A stretch of 64,000 bases of DNA, taken from NCBI GenBank assembly GCA_943350875.1, contig CALRAL010000001.1, positions 4,829-68,828 of the forward strand, read 5' to 3'. This DNA comes from Candidatus Nomurabacteria bacterium (GTDB taxonomy: Bacteria; Patescibacteriota; Minisyncoccia; Phycocordibacterales; UBA9973). Shown here in pieces: positions 10,150-19,155 of this stretch. Position numbers and translations under genes: made by a program. Every line of letters begins with the position of its first letter. The first letter of the stretch is position 1. Under the pieces are notes generated by a model. The model worked only from the letters and a program-made list of their open reading frames with translations. It was not told the origin of the DNA and made no database searches.

Positions 10150-10959
10150 ATGCAATTAATAGACGGTAAAAAAATACAAAAAGATATTTTAGATGATATA
10201 AAAAAAGAAGTAGCTACTTTGACTTTTCAGCCTGTTTTTTGTGATGTTTTAGTAGGAGCAGATCCTGCTTCGATGCAATACGTCCGTATGAAAAACAAAA
10301 CTGCTGAAGACGTAGGGATGAAGACCAAAAATGCAATTTTTCCAGAAAATATTTCAACCAAAAATTTAATAAAAGAAATAAAAAAGTTAAACGAGATTGA
10401 AAACATGTGTGGTATTATCGTGCAACTTCCTTTACCAAAACACATAGACACACACGCTGTTTTAAATAATATAGAAAAGAAATTAGATGTAGATACACCT
10501 TCACCAGCAGCACTTGCTTGTATGATGGTTCTTGATTCTTTGAAAATAAATTTAGTTGATAAAAAGATAGTGGTGTTAGGCCAAGGTGAATTAGTAGGCA
10601 AACCTGTTGCAGAATTATTAAAGTCTCGTGAATTAGATTTTGAAATTATAAATAGTAAAACAGAAGAAAAAGAAAAATTAAATTTATTAAAAAATGCTGA
10701 TATTATTATTTCTGGTATGGGTAAAGGTAAATATATAACTAGTGATATGATTAAGGATGGAGTAGTATTGATAGATGCTGGTACTTCTGAATCGACTGGA
10801 GGAATGGTGGGGGATGTAGATTTAGAATCAGTCAAAGACAAAGCCTCTTTTGTGTCTCCTGTGCCTGGGGGTGTAGGCCCTGTGACTGTAGCTATGCTTT
10901 TGAAGAATGTTTTACAAGTAGCAAAGTCCCTCACCCCAACTTATTCACCTCACCCCTAA
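10150..10959 (+). CDS. folD: Methylenetetrahydrofolate dehydrogenase/cyclohydrolase
   Basis: MQLIDGK, GIIVQLPLP, LDVD, GDVD, SPVPGGVGPVTVAML. Confidence 0.92.
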   Translation: MQLIDGKKIQKDILDDIKKEVATLTFQPVFCDVLVGADPASMQYVRMKNKTAEDVGMKTKNAIFPENISTKNLIKEIKKLNEIENMCGIIVQLPLPKHIDTHAVLNNIEKKLDVDTPSPAALACMMVLDSLKINLVDKKIVVLGQGELVGKPVAELLKSRELDFEIINSKTEEKEKLNLLKNADIIISGMGKGKYITSDMIKDGVVLIDAGTSESTGGMVGDVDLESVKDKASFVSPVPGGVGPVTVAMLLKNVLQVAKSLTPTYSPHP

Positions 10960-10987
10960 CCCCTCTCCTTATAAAGGAGAGGGGAAG
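10928..10987. repeat. REP-like palindrome, copy 2
   Basis: tattcacctcacccct-aa-cccctctccttataaaggagagggg; inverted relative to copy 3. Confidence 0.85.
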
Positions 10988-11026
10988 ATGTCGCTATTTT
11001 TCAGAATAAATTAATGAGTTAGTACT

Positions 11027-11410
11027 ATGAGTCAAAATATAAAATATACAGCTTTATTTGTTAAAGATATCGAGGATTTACTAAAAAGATTTCCACCTAA
11101 ACATCAAAAAATCTTTGGTCATCATTCAACAATTGAATTTGAGCCAGAAAATTTAAATGGAATTGAAACAGGCAAAGAATATTCTATAAAAATTATTGGA
11201 CGTGCCCATGATGAATTTGGAGATGATTTACTTGTTGAAAATTTAAAATCAAAAAATAAATATCCTCATATAACTTTATCTCGTGCAGAAAATGCACCGC
11301 CTTTATATTCAAAGATATTATTTGAAAAAGCCATAGCTTCTAATAATATTAAATATTTTAATAATGAAAAAGTTGAGGTCGTTGAAGGTTATGGAATAGG
11401 TGAAAAATAA
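11027..11410 (+). CDS. Small 2H-phosphoesterase-like protein
   Basis: Two HxT motifs (HHSTI, PHITLS). Confidence 0.55.
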   Translation: MSQNIKYTALFVKDIEDLLKRFPPKHQKIFGHHSTIEFEPENLNGIETGKEYSIKIIGRAHDEFGDDLLVENLKSKNKYPHITLSRAENAPPLYSKILFEKAIASNNIKYFNNEKVEVVEGYGIGEK

Positions 11411-11419
11411 AATCATTTT

Positions 11420-11818
11420 ATGACTCTTTTAAAAAACAAATCCAAGTTACTTCCAAGACGTAGAGAATTAAGAAAAAACCAGACTAAACAAGAAGAAATT
11501 TTATGGGAAAAGATAAGAAATCGGAAACTTGGAATTAAATTTAAAAGGCAGTATAGTATAGGTGGTTATGTTTTAGATTTTTATTCTCCAGAATGTAAAT
11601 TAGTTATAGAATTAGATGGTAACCAGCATTTAGCAAAAGAGAATGCTTTGTATGATAGATACAGGACAGAATATTTGGAAATTTTAGGTTGTGAAGTTTT
11701 AAGGATTAAAAATAGTGAATTAGATAAAAATTTGGAAAAAGTTTTATTACAAATTAAGAAGTTTACCCCTCTCCTTGATAAGGAGAGGGGAAGGGGTGAG
11801 GTGAATATGAATTTATGA
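11420..11818 (+). CDS. DUF559/Vsr-like endonuclease
   Basis: RELRKNQT..E..LW, KFKRQ, YVLDFY, LVIELDGNQH, YDRYRT. Confidence 0.9.
   Translation: MTLLKNKSKLLPRRRELRKNQTKQEEILWEKIRNRKLGIKFKRQYSIGGYVLDFYSPECKLVIELDGNQHLAKENALYDRYRTEYLEILGCEVLRIKNSELDKNLEKVLLQIKKFTPLLDKERGRGEVNMNL
11765..11807. repeat. REP-like palindrome, copy 3, in DUF559 3' end
   Basis: cccctctccttgataaggagaggggaaggggtgaggtgaata, encoding PLLDKERGRGEV. Confidence 0.85.
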
Positions 11819-12348
11819 ATGACACAGTCTTTTTCTTTTTTTATAATTTAGCCCATCAGTCTATTTTTCTAGATAAAATGATTGTTTTTCTGGCTGACAC
11901 TTTTCCGTATATAGTTGCTGTAGGTGCTGGCATTTTTTTGTTCTACAAACATTTTAAAATAAAAGAATTTATCTTTGTTTTTCTATCTTCTTTTTTTGCT
12001 TATGCCATAGCATCTATTTTGAAAATTTTAATTCATACTCCACGTCCATTTCTAGTATTTTCAGATGTACAAAGTTTATTTATTGAGAATAGTTTTGCTT
12101 TTCCTTCTGGACATGCGGCATTTTTCTCTTGCTTAGCCATGACTATATTTTTTATAAATAAAAAAGTGGGCTATTATTTTATGTTTTTTGCTTTCCTAAT
12201 AGGAATTACTCGTATTGCTTCTGGTGTGCATTTTCCAGTTGATATTTTAGGCGGTTTTGCCATAGGTATTGCTATTTCTTTTGTATTTAAGTATATCTTT
12301 GAAAAACCCTTATTTTTTGGCATTTTTACGGAAAATTTGACAAAATAA
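11815..12348 (+). CDS. PAP2-family phosphatase
   Basis: KxxxxxxRP, FPSGH, TRIASGVHFPVD. Confidence 0.9.
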   Translation: MNDTVFFFFYNLAHQSIFLDKMIVFLADTFPYIVAVGAGIFLFYKHFKIKEFIFVFLSSFFAYAIASILKILIHTPRPFLVFSDVQSLFIENSFAFPSGHAAFFSCLAMTIFFINKKVGYYFMFFAFLIGITRIASGVHFPVDILGGFAIGIAISFVFKYIFEKPLFFGIFTENLTK

Positions 12349-12365
12349 TCAAACGGGTGTATAAT
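12337..12365 (+). promoter_or_regulatory. Consensus sigma70 promoter of the DGR target gene
   Basis: TTGACA-17 nt-TATAAT. Confidence 0.8.
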
Positions 12366-12441
12366 GTACTTGAATATGGTTACCTCCCTATGTTCGCTTT
12401 TTTTATGGAGGAATTTGAAAACACAATAAACAGATACGAAA

Positions 12442-13212
12442 ATGACTCAAAAAACTGATAAAAATAGTAATGTTCGTACTTGGAATTCAGATATGAGAGA
12501 TGAAATAGTATCATCTTTTGTAAAAAATTTACCGAGTTTGAACGAAAATGTTTCTTTTGATTTGACGGATAAATATATAAAAAAACCGTTAACATTTAAA
12601 AGAAAAATACGGGAAATATTTTTCCCAAGTGAAAATGGATTGACAAAAAGAGTAGAGGGAATTTATCCCGAATCTCTGCTTGAATTTCATGAAGGATGGG
12701 TGGATTTTTATAAAAATTTTGGAGAAACTATTGATCTTGCAAATTTTCCTTTGCCCAAGAATTTAATTCTTGAAGAAGGGAAAGAGTATTGGTCAATCGT
12801 GGTGCCAGATAGTATGAATCCGCAAAAAGCTTTTGAGCTACGGAAGCAGATTACTATAGTTTATGAAAATACATCAGTTGCAAGAATAATTGATGTGTTT
12901 CCAAGAATGAAAGTTTCTGTAATTCGTGCAGAGCAAAATGCAAAAGTTTTACACCCACACATTTCGCTTAATCACAGCATGAAACTTGGATTATGTGGCA
13001 CAACATTTACTGAAGGTTGTATTATTGATGGGAGAATTTTCAAAGATAATGGCATGCATTTAGATGTTGATGGTTGGACGCTTCATTGTGGTTCTCGTAA
13101 CGAGCATGGCGATGCCGTGAGCTCGGACTGGTGCGCCGGCAGGTTTCTGGTGAGTTGGAGCAATCCGGATAATGCCGGTCCGAACTTGTCTATCCGTCAG
13201 AAGCAGTTTTAA
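12442..13212 (+). CDS. DGR target protein with C-terminal variable region
   Basis: The last ~40 codons contain the VR; C-type-lectin-like fold inferred from other DGR targets. Confidence 0.9.
   Translation: MTQKTDKNSNVRTWNSDMRDEIVSSFVKNLPSLNENVSFDLTDKYIKKPLTFKRKIREIFFPSENGLTKRVEGIYPESLLEFHEGWVDFYKNFGETIDLANFPLPKNLILEEGKEYWSIVVPDSMNPQKAFELRKQITIVYENTSVARIIDVFPRMKVSVIRAEQNAKVLHPHISLNHSMKLGLCGTTFTEGCIIDGRIFKDNGMHLDVDGWTLHCGSRNEHGDAVSSDWCAGRFLVSWSNPDNAGPNLSIRQKQF
13090..13203 (+). repeat. DGR variable repeat (VR)
   Basis: 114 nt; 16 mismatches to TR, all at TR adenines (12 A>G, 2 A>C, 2 A>T). Confidence 0.95.
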
Positions 13213-13237
13213 ACTTTTTGTTTTTAACTTTTATCCT

Positions 13238-13269
13238 AATCACGTTAGCTTTCCAAAGCTAACGTGATT
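13238..13269. other. Perfect hairpin downstream of VR (candidate DGR homing cruciform)
   Basis: aatcacgttagctt-tcca-aagctaacgtgatt, ~35 nt after the VR end. Confidence 0.75.
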
Positions 13270-13480
13270 TATTTTTGTGTTATAATAGATTTGGCTGATA
13301 AACTGATTTTAATTAAATTAAAATAACAGTTTGCCATATTTAGAAACTGCTTGCTTGAAATTTGAGCATAGATAATTCAGATAAATTAAGATGCTACACA
13401 TTGCTCTATAATGTAGAGAATAATACAGGTTGTTGAGTAATCGATAATCGGTGAATATAGATTTATTCCAAGCATAGTAT

Positions 13481-13594
13481 GGTTCTCGTAACGAGAATGG
13501 CAATGCCGTGAACTCGAACTGGAACGACGACAAGTTTCAAGTGAATTGGAACAATCCGAATAATGCCAATCCGAACTTGTCTATCCGTCAGAAG
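13481..13594 (+). repeat. DGR template repeat (TR)
   Basis: Non-coding AAC/AAT-rich copy of VR. Confidence 0.95.
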
Positions 13595-13610
13595 TTTCTC
13601 ATTTAATCCG

Positions 13611-13997
13611 CTACAAACTTAATTGTGGCGGATTTTGTGTTTGAGCGTATTTGAGCCAGCCGTTGGTCATTTTAGAAATTTCCTGTAATTTTAGCTCTAT
13701 ATTCAGATACACTTTTTCGGTGATTATTTTTAATTCAAATTCTATTCTAAATAACTGTTTTAATGTTTCTATTTGAATTCTTGCTTTTTTCAGTGAAATC
13801 ACTTTTTCATATTTTGCTTCCAGTGAAGCGCTAATCAAAAGTGAGAAACTTTTTAAAAATTCTTTTTCAATATAGCTATGGATTCCCAATTTATCTCGTT
13901 TTGGCAATTTGTTGCCAATTAAATACACATAGGCGTATAATTTCCCCATCTTATGCACAACAGGGATGTCAAAATTGCGTTGGGGGGGGGGTTCCAT
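13611..13997 (-). CDS. avd: DGR accessory variability determinant (four-helix bundle)
   Basis: Basic 128 aa with LPKRDKLGI and EISKMTNGWLK motifs; lies between TR and RT. Confidence 0.8.
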   Translation of the reverse strand: MEPPPQRNFDIPVVHKMGKLYAYVYLIGNKLPKRDKLGIHSYIEKEFLKSFSLLISASLEAKYEKVISLKKARIQIETLKQLFRIEFELKIITEKVYLNIELKLQEISKMTNGWLKYAQTQNPPQLSL

Positions 13998-15030
13998 TCA
14001 AAGTCTTTTTCATAATATAGTTAGTCTATCAAATTTACTGAAAGCTTGGAAGGAATTTAAAAAATGCAAAAATTCTAAAACGGATATTGCCGAATTTGAG
14101 TTTAATTTGGAAAATAATTTATTTTCTTTGTATCAGGATTTAATAAACAAAACTTACAAACCAGATCCATACCAAGCATTTTATGTGTATGATCCAAAAA
14201 AGCGACATATTCATAAAGCTGTAGTTCGGGATAGAGTTTTACATCAAGCTATCTTCAGAATTTTATATCATATTTTTGATAAGCATTTTATTTTTGATTC
14301 ATATTCTTCAAGATTAAACAAGGGAACACATAAAGCTTCGAAAAGACTTTTTAGAGCTTTAAGAAAAGAGAGCAAAAACTGGCACACGCCAGTTTTTGCT
14401 CTTAAATGCGATATTAGAAAATTCTTTGATTCTATAAATCATGATATTTTATTTTCTCTAATCAAAAAGAAAATTACAGATTCAGAAACTCTCATACTTT
14501 TAGATCAGATTTTAAAAAGTTTTGGAAAAAGTCCAAATACTGGACTGCCATTGGGCAATGTGACGAGTCAGCTTTTTGCTAATATTTATCTCAATGAGTT
14601 TGACCAATTTATGAAACACAAATTAAAAGTTAGATATTATTTTAGATATGCGGATGACTTTGTGATAATAGATAGAAATAAAGAATCTTTAGAAAATTAT
14701 CTTTCAAATATTAAATTATTTTTAGCAGAAAATCTAAAATTAGAATTGCACCCCGGTAAAGTATTTATACGAAAATTAAGACAGGGAATTGATTTTGTGG
14801 GTTATGTGATTTTACCAAATGTTGCAGTTTTAAGAACTAAAACAAAAAACAGGATTTTTAAAAAGCTAAAAAATGCTAAAAGCAAATTATTAGAAGGAAA
14901 AATAAGCCAAGAAAATTTTGAACAAATTAAAGCATCTTATATGGGTGTTTTGAAGCATTGTAAAAATAAAGAGATTAAGAGGAAAATAAAATTTGCATAT
15001 TTACTAGAAAACATATACCCGTACACTTAA
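13966..15030 (+). CDS. DGR reverse transcriptase
   Basis: RDRVLHQA, LKCDIRKFFDSI, GLPLGNVTSQLFANIYL, RYADD, GIDFVGY. Confidence 0.95.
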   Translation: MSKLRWGGGSIQSLFHNIVSLSNLLKAWKEFKKCKNSKTDIAEFEFNLENNLFSLYQDLINKTYKPDPYQAFYVYDPKKRHIHKAVVRDRVLHQAIFRILYHIFDKHFIFDSYSSRLNKGTHKASKRLFRALRKESKNWHTPVFALKCDIRKFFDSINHDILFSLIKKKITDSETLILLDQILKSFGKSPNTGLPLGNVTSQLFANIYLNEFDQFMKHKLKVRYYFRYADDFVIIDRNKESLENYLSNIKLFLAENLKLELHPGKVFIRKLRQGIDFVGYVILPNVAVLRTKTKNRIFKKLKNAKSKLLEGKISQENFEQIKASYMGVLKHCKNKEIKRKIKFAYLLENIYPYT

Positions 15031-15074
15031 TTTTGACTTTTTAAGTGTTCGGGTATAGAATACAGTATCTTTAT

Positions 15075-16436
15075 ATGATTAAAAAGATTATTTTATCGGT
15101 AATATTGCTTGGTTTAGGAGCTACTTTTGCCTTTTTTGTCTATAAATCAGAACCTAAATTAAACCATAATTTTCAAGCTGAAAGTTCGTTTTTTAAGAAT
15201 CATCCTTTTCGTTTGGGGTTAGATCTTTCTGGCGGAAGTCATCTAGTATATAAAGCAGATGTTTCTGCTATAAAGGCTAGTGATGTTTCCGGTTCTATGG
15301 ATGCTCTTCGGGATGTGATAGAAAGGAGAGTAAACTTGTTTGGAGTTTCTGAACCAGTTGTACAAGTGCAAGGTGGCGGGTTTATTTCTGGAGGAGAAAA
15401 CAAACTCATCATCGATCTTCCAGGAGTAACAGATGTTGAAAAAGCGACCACGATGATAGGCCAGACTCCACTTCTAGAATTCAAAACCGAAGCTCCAAAG
15501 GGTACACCTCAGACTGCGACAGTCGGCAAAGACGGTAAAGTCAATATTGATGTTGGTTCGCAATTTATTGCTACCGATTTAACTGGCAGATATTTAAAGA
15601 AGGCCGTTTTGCAATTCGATCAGAACACTAGAGAACCAAAAGTCTCTCTTCAGTTTGATGACACAGGTACAAAACTTTTTGCACAGATTACAAAAGCAAA
15701 TGTTGGTAAGATGGTAGCCATATATCTAGATGGTGCCCCTATCTCTACCCCTGTAGTGCGAGAAGAGATAACAGGTGGGCAAGCAGTGATTTCTGGTAGT
15801 TTTAACCCTACAGAAGCAAGGACCCTTGTAGGTAGGTTGAATTCTGGTGCATTGCCTGTACCTATCAGTTTACTTTCAAAACAAACTATTGGTGCGACAT
15901 TGGGAGATACTGCTACAAATGCTGGAGTGAAAGCCACAATTATTGGATTTTTGTTAGTAGCCTTTTTCCTTGTTATCTGGTACAGACTTCCAGGGCTAAT
16001 AGCAGTTATCTCACTTTGTATTTTTATTTCAATAATTTTGACTCTTTTCAAAATGATGCCTGTTACTCTCACTGCTGCTGGTATCGCTGGATTTATCATT
16101 TCTATTGGTATTGCTGTCGATGCAAATGTTCTTATCTTTGAACGTGTAAAAGAAGAGTTGCGTTTAGGTAAAACTATTCATGATGCTGTTTCGGCTGGAT
16201 TCTCCCGTGCTTGGTCTTCAATTCGTGATTCTAATATTTCCAGTATTATTACTGCTGTTATTTTGTTCTGGTTTGGTACATCTTTAATTAAAGGTTTTGC
16301 CCTTACTCTCGGTATGGGAGTCTTAGTGTCGATGTTTTCAGCCATCACTGTCACCAAGATTTTCCTTTCAACACTTAACTTCATCGGAGAAAACAAGGTC
16401 GCTAGATTTTTATTCAGTTCAGGAATTTCAAAATAA
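15075..16436 (+). CDS. secD: Protein translocase subunit SecD
   Basis: LGLDLSGG, RRVNLFGVSEP, GALPVP, AVDANVLIFER. Confidence 0.95.
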   Translation: MIKKIILSVILLGLGATFAFFVYKSEPKLNHNFQAESSFFKNHPFRLGLDLSGGSHLVYKADVSAIKASDVSGSMDALRDVIERRVNLFGVSEPVVQVQGGGFISGGENKLIIDLPGVTDVEKATTMIGQTPLLEFKTEAPKGTPQTATVGKDGKVNIDVGSQFIATDLTGRYLKKAVLQFDQNTREPKVSLQFDDTGTKLFAQITKANVGKMVAIYLDGAPISTPVVREEITGGQAVISGSFNPTEARTLVGRLNSGALPVPISLLSKQTIGATLGDTATNAGVKATIIGFLLVAFFLVIWYRLPGLIAVISLCIFISIILTLFKMMPVTLTAAGIAGFIISIGIAVDANVLIFERVKEELRLGKTIHDAVSAGFSRAWSSIRDSNISSIITAVILFWFGTSLIKGFALTLGMGVLVSMFSAITVTKIFLSTLNFIGENKVARFLFSSGISK

Positions 16437-16453
16437 CTTTATAACTATTCAAC

Positions 16454-17362
16454 ATGTTTATAATAAAACACAAAAAAATATTTATCGGTATATCTACAGC
16501 CTTAGTAGTCTTTTCTATTGCTTTCTTATTATTTTGGGGTTTAAAAACTGGGATAGATTTTAAAGGGGGAGCAATAGTGGAAGTTTTATACAAAGACAGT
16601 CGTCCCGATCAAGTAGCCCTCGGTAAGGATATTGAGGCTTTGAATCTTGGCTCAGTGCTTATCCAGCCGACAGGGGATCTAGGTTATATTATAAAATCTC
16701 GTGAACTTTCAGATACAGAACATTCTGCACTTCTAAAAATATTATCTGCAAATGGCAAGAACAAATTTGAAGAAACAGGTTTTAATTCGATTGGTCCTTC
16801 TGTCGGCCACGAACTTACCAGAAAGGCAATTATTGCTATTATTCTAGTTTCTCTCGGTATCATTTGTTTTATTGCTTTCGCTTTTCGTAAAGTTTCAAAA
16901 CCAGTTTCATCTTGGAGATATGGTTTTATCGCAATTATCACACTTCTTCACGATGTAGCCATTCCTGTCGGTTTATTTGTGATGTTGTCTCATTATTATG
17001 GGGCAGAACTGGACACACTTTTCGTAGTAGCAGTATTGACAGTACTAGGCCTCTCTGTTTCAGATACCATCGTCATCTTTGATAGAATTCGTGAGAATTT
17101 GAGGAATCAAGTGAATATTTCCAAAGTCAATTTTAGTGAAGTAGTGGGGAAAAGTCTCGAGCAATCTTATGTCCGTTCTATCTGTACTTCTTTGACTGTC
17201 ATTTTGGTTCTTTTATCCTTATTCTTCTTTGGCCCAGTTTCTACTAAATATTTTGCCTTGATGCTCGTTTCAGGGATGTTCTTTGGAACATATTCCTCAA
17301 TATTCCTTGCATCTCCACTCCTCGTTCTTATCGAAGAATGGCAACAAAACAAAAAGAAATAA
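16454..17362 (+). CDS. secF: Protein translocase subunit SecF
   Basis: GIDFKGG, LLHD, SVSDTIVIFDRIREN, GTYSSIF. Confidence 0.95.
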   Translation: MFIIKHKKIFIGISTALVVFSIAFLLFWGLKTGIDFKGGAIVEVLYKDSRPDQVALGKDIEALNLGSVLIQPTGDLGYIIKSRELSDTEHSALLKILSANGKNKFEETGFNSIGPSVGHELTRKAIIAIILVSLGIICFIAFAFRKVSKPVSSWRYGFIAIITLLHDVAIPVGLFVMLSHYYGAELDTLFVVAVLTVLGLSVSDTIVIFDRIRENLRNQVNISKVNFSEVVGKSLEQSYVRSICTSLTVILVLLSLFFFGPVSTKYFALMLVSGMFFGTYSSIFLASPLLVLIEEWQQNKKK

Positions 17363-17384
17363 TTTTGTGCTATAATACAGCTAT

Positions 17385-17966
17385 ATGGAAACAAATTTTT
17401 GGCAGAAGAATAAAAAAATTATCATTATTTTAGCAATAATAGTTGTTTTGGTACTTTGGGTTGTCGGTAAATATAATTTCTTTGTAAAACAAAATGAAGC
17501 TACAACTTCACAATGGGCGCAGGTAGAGAATCAATTACAAAGGCGTTTTGATTTGATTCCCAATGTCATCAATACTGTCAAAGGGATAACCAAACAAGAA
17601 AAAGATGTTTTTGGAGCTCTTGCAGAAGCTCGCACACGTTATGCAGGTTCTACCTCGGTAGATGAAAAAGCTAAATATGCGAGTCAAGTAGAATCTTCCC
17701 TTGGCAGACTTTTGGTGATTGCAGAGAATTATCCTCAATTGAAATCTTCAGAATCTTTTCGTGATTTGACGGTAACTCTTGAAGGCACAGAAAACAGGAT
17801 TTCAGTCGAGAGAATGAATTACAATAATCTGGTAAAGAATTTAAATGCTAATATAAAAACTTTCCCTAGTTCTATAATCGCTTCTATTTTTGGAGTGAAA
17901 GAACATTCTTATTTTGAAGTAAAAGATGAAGCAAAAGAAGTGCCAAAAGTTGACTTTACTCAATAA
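17385..17966 (+). CDS. lemA: LemA family protein
   Basis: QRRFDLIPN, ENYPQLK, LEGTENRI. Confidence 0.92.
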   Translation: METNFWQKNKKIIIILAIIVVLVLWVVGKYNFFVKQNEATTSQWAQVENQLQRRFDLIPNVINTVKGITKQEKDVFGALAEARTRYAGSTSVDEKAKYASQVESSLGRLLVIAENYPQLKSSESFRDLTVTLEGTENRISVERMNYNNLVKNLNANIKTFPSSIIASIFGVKEHSYFEVKDEAKEVPKVDFTQ

Positions 17967-17975
17967 TATAAAAAA

Positions 17976-18713
17976 ATGAAGAAATATTTTCTTCTTTTCC
18001 TAATCTTTACATTATTTACGCTATTTACTATTGCAAATGTAAGTATGGCTTTTGATATATCGAGTAGGCCTAAGAATTTTGTAAATGATTATGCGGGGAT
18101 TTTGTCGGGAGATAATATAAATTCTCTTGAAGAAAAAATTTCAAATTTTGAAAAACAGACTACTGATGAAATAGCTGTAGTGATAATCCCATCTCTAGAT
18201 GGAGATGTAGTTGAGAATATAGCACAAGACATTTTTACCAAGTGGGGGATTGGCAAGAAAGATAAAAACAATGGAGTTCTGCTCCTTGTGGCTATGGCTG
18301 AACACAAAACTCGGATTCAGACCGGGTATGGAGTAGAGGGGGATTTGACTGATCTTGCTACGTCATATATCCAAAGTGAAATTATCACTCCAGCGTTTCG
18401 TCAGGATAATTATTTTGGAGGCATAAATAATGGAGTAGATAAAATAATAGAAACTCTTAATGGTGGCAATGTTGTGCCAGAGGGATATAAAGTAAATAAA
18501 AAATCTAATATAAATATTGGGAATATTTTATTTTTTGCTTTTTTGATTTTACAAATTTTTCTTATTATTAGAAGGTCAAAAAACAAGAATAGAAGGCCTC
18601 CATGGTGGTTCTTTGGAGGTTTTGGCGGGGGATCGGGCGGTGCTGGAAGTGGAGGATTTGGAGGTTTTGGCGGTGGTTCTTCTGGGGGAGGGGGTTCCTC
18701 GGGGTCTTGGTAG
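17976..18713 (+). CDS. TPM-domain protein with Gly-rich tail
   Basis: VNDYAGIL, WGIGKKDKNNGVLLL, GYGVEG, GGGSSGSW. Confidence 0.9.
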   Translation: MKKYFLLFLIFTLFTLFTIANVSMAFDISSRPKNFVNDYAGILSGDNINSLEEKISNFEKQTTDEIAVVIIPSLDGDVVENIAQDIFTKWGIGKKDKNNGVLLLVAMAEHKTRIQTGYGVEGDLTDLATSYIQSEIITPAFRQDNYFGGINNGVDKIIETLNGGNVVPEGYKVNKKSNINIGNILFFAFLILQIFLIIRRSKNKNRRPPWWFFGGFGGGSGGAGSGGFGGFGGGSSGGGGSSGSW

Positions 18714-18716
18714 TGT

Positions 18717-18829
18717 AAAGTCGCAGAAATAGCTTTTTCTAGGGTACGGATTTTTTGAAGCTTAAAAAATCCTGAAGTTTTCGCTCCGTCGAGCTCAAAA
18801 CCCCCTAAAAAAGCTATTTCTGCGACTTT
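18717..18829. repeat. Intergenic inverted-repeat element
   Basis: aaagtcgcagaaatagcttttt ... aaaaagctatttctgcgacttt arms enclosing internal hairpins. Confidence 0.75.
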
Positions 18830-18861
18830 TATTTTTAGCCCAATTTTGTTATACTGTTTTT

Positions 18862-19140
18862 ATGAACATAAAGGATGTGGAGAACTTGGCGGAGCTGGCT
18901 AGGATTGATCTGACAGAAGAAGAAAAACAGGGTCTTTTGAAAGATTTTGATAGTATTTTGGCGTATGTGGATACGATAAAAAGTGCCGAAATTGGCGACA
19001 TAGAACTACATAACGATGTCTATAACGCTTGGCGTGAGGACGAGCCACGTGTAGGTGAACCGGATTTCTCCCTTCAATTAATAAAAGAAGGCTTCCCAGA
19101 TTCACAAGATGGATTTTTGAAAGTTAAAAAAATACTTTAG
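18862..19140 (+). CDS. gatC: Asp/Glu-tRNA amidotransferase subunit C
   Basis: LAELARI, WREDE; immediately upstream of gatA. Confidence 0.9.
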   Translation: MNIKDVENLAELARIDLTEEEKQGLLKDFDSILAYVDTIKSAEIGDIELHNDVYNAWREDEPRVGEPDFSLQLIKEGFPDSQDGFLKVKKIL

Positions 19141-19155
19141 TTTATTATATTCGCT

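Larger units (their letters stand above)
12442..15030. mobile_element. Diversity-generating retroelement (target/VR - hairpin - TR - avd - RT)
   Basis: VR/TR pair differing only at TR adenines, plus Avd-like and RT genes. Confidence 0.95.
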
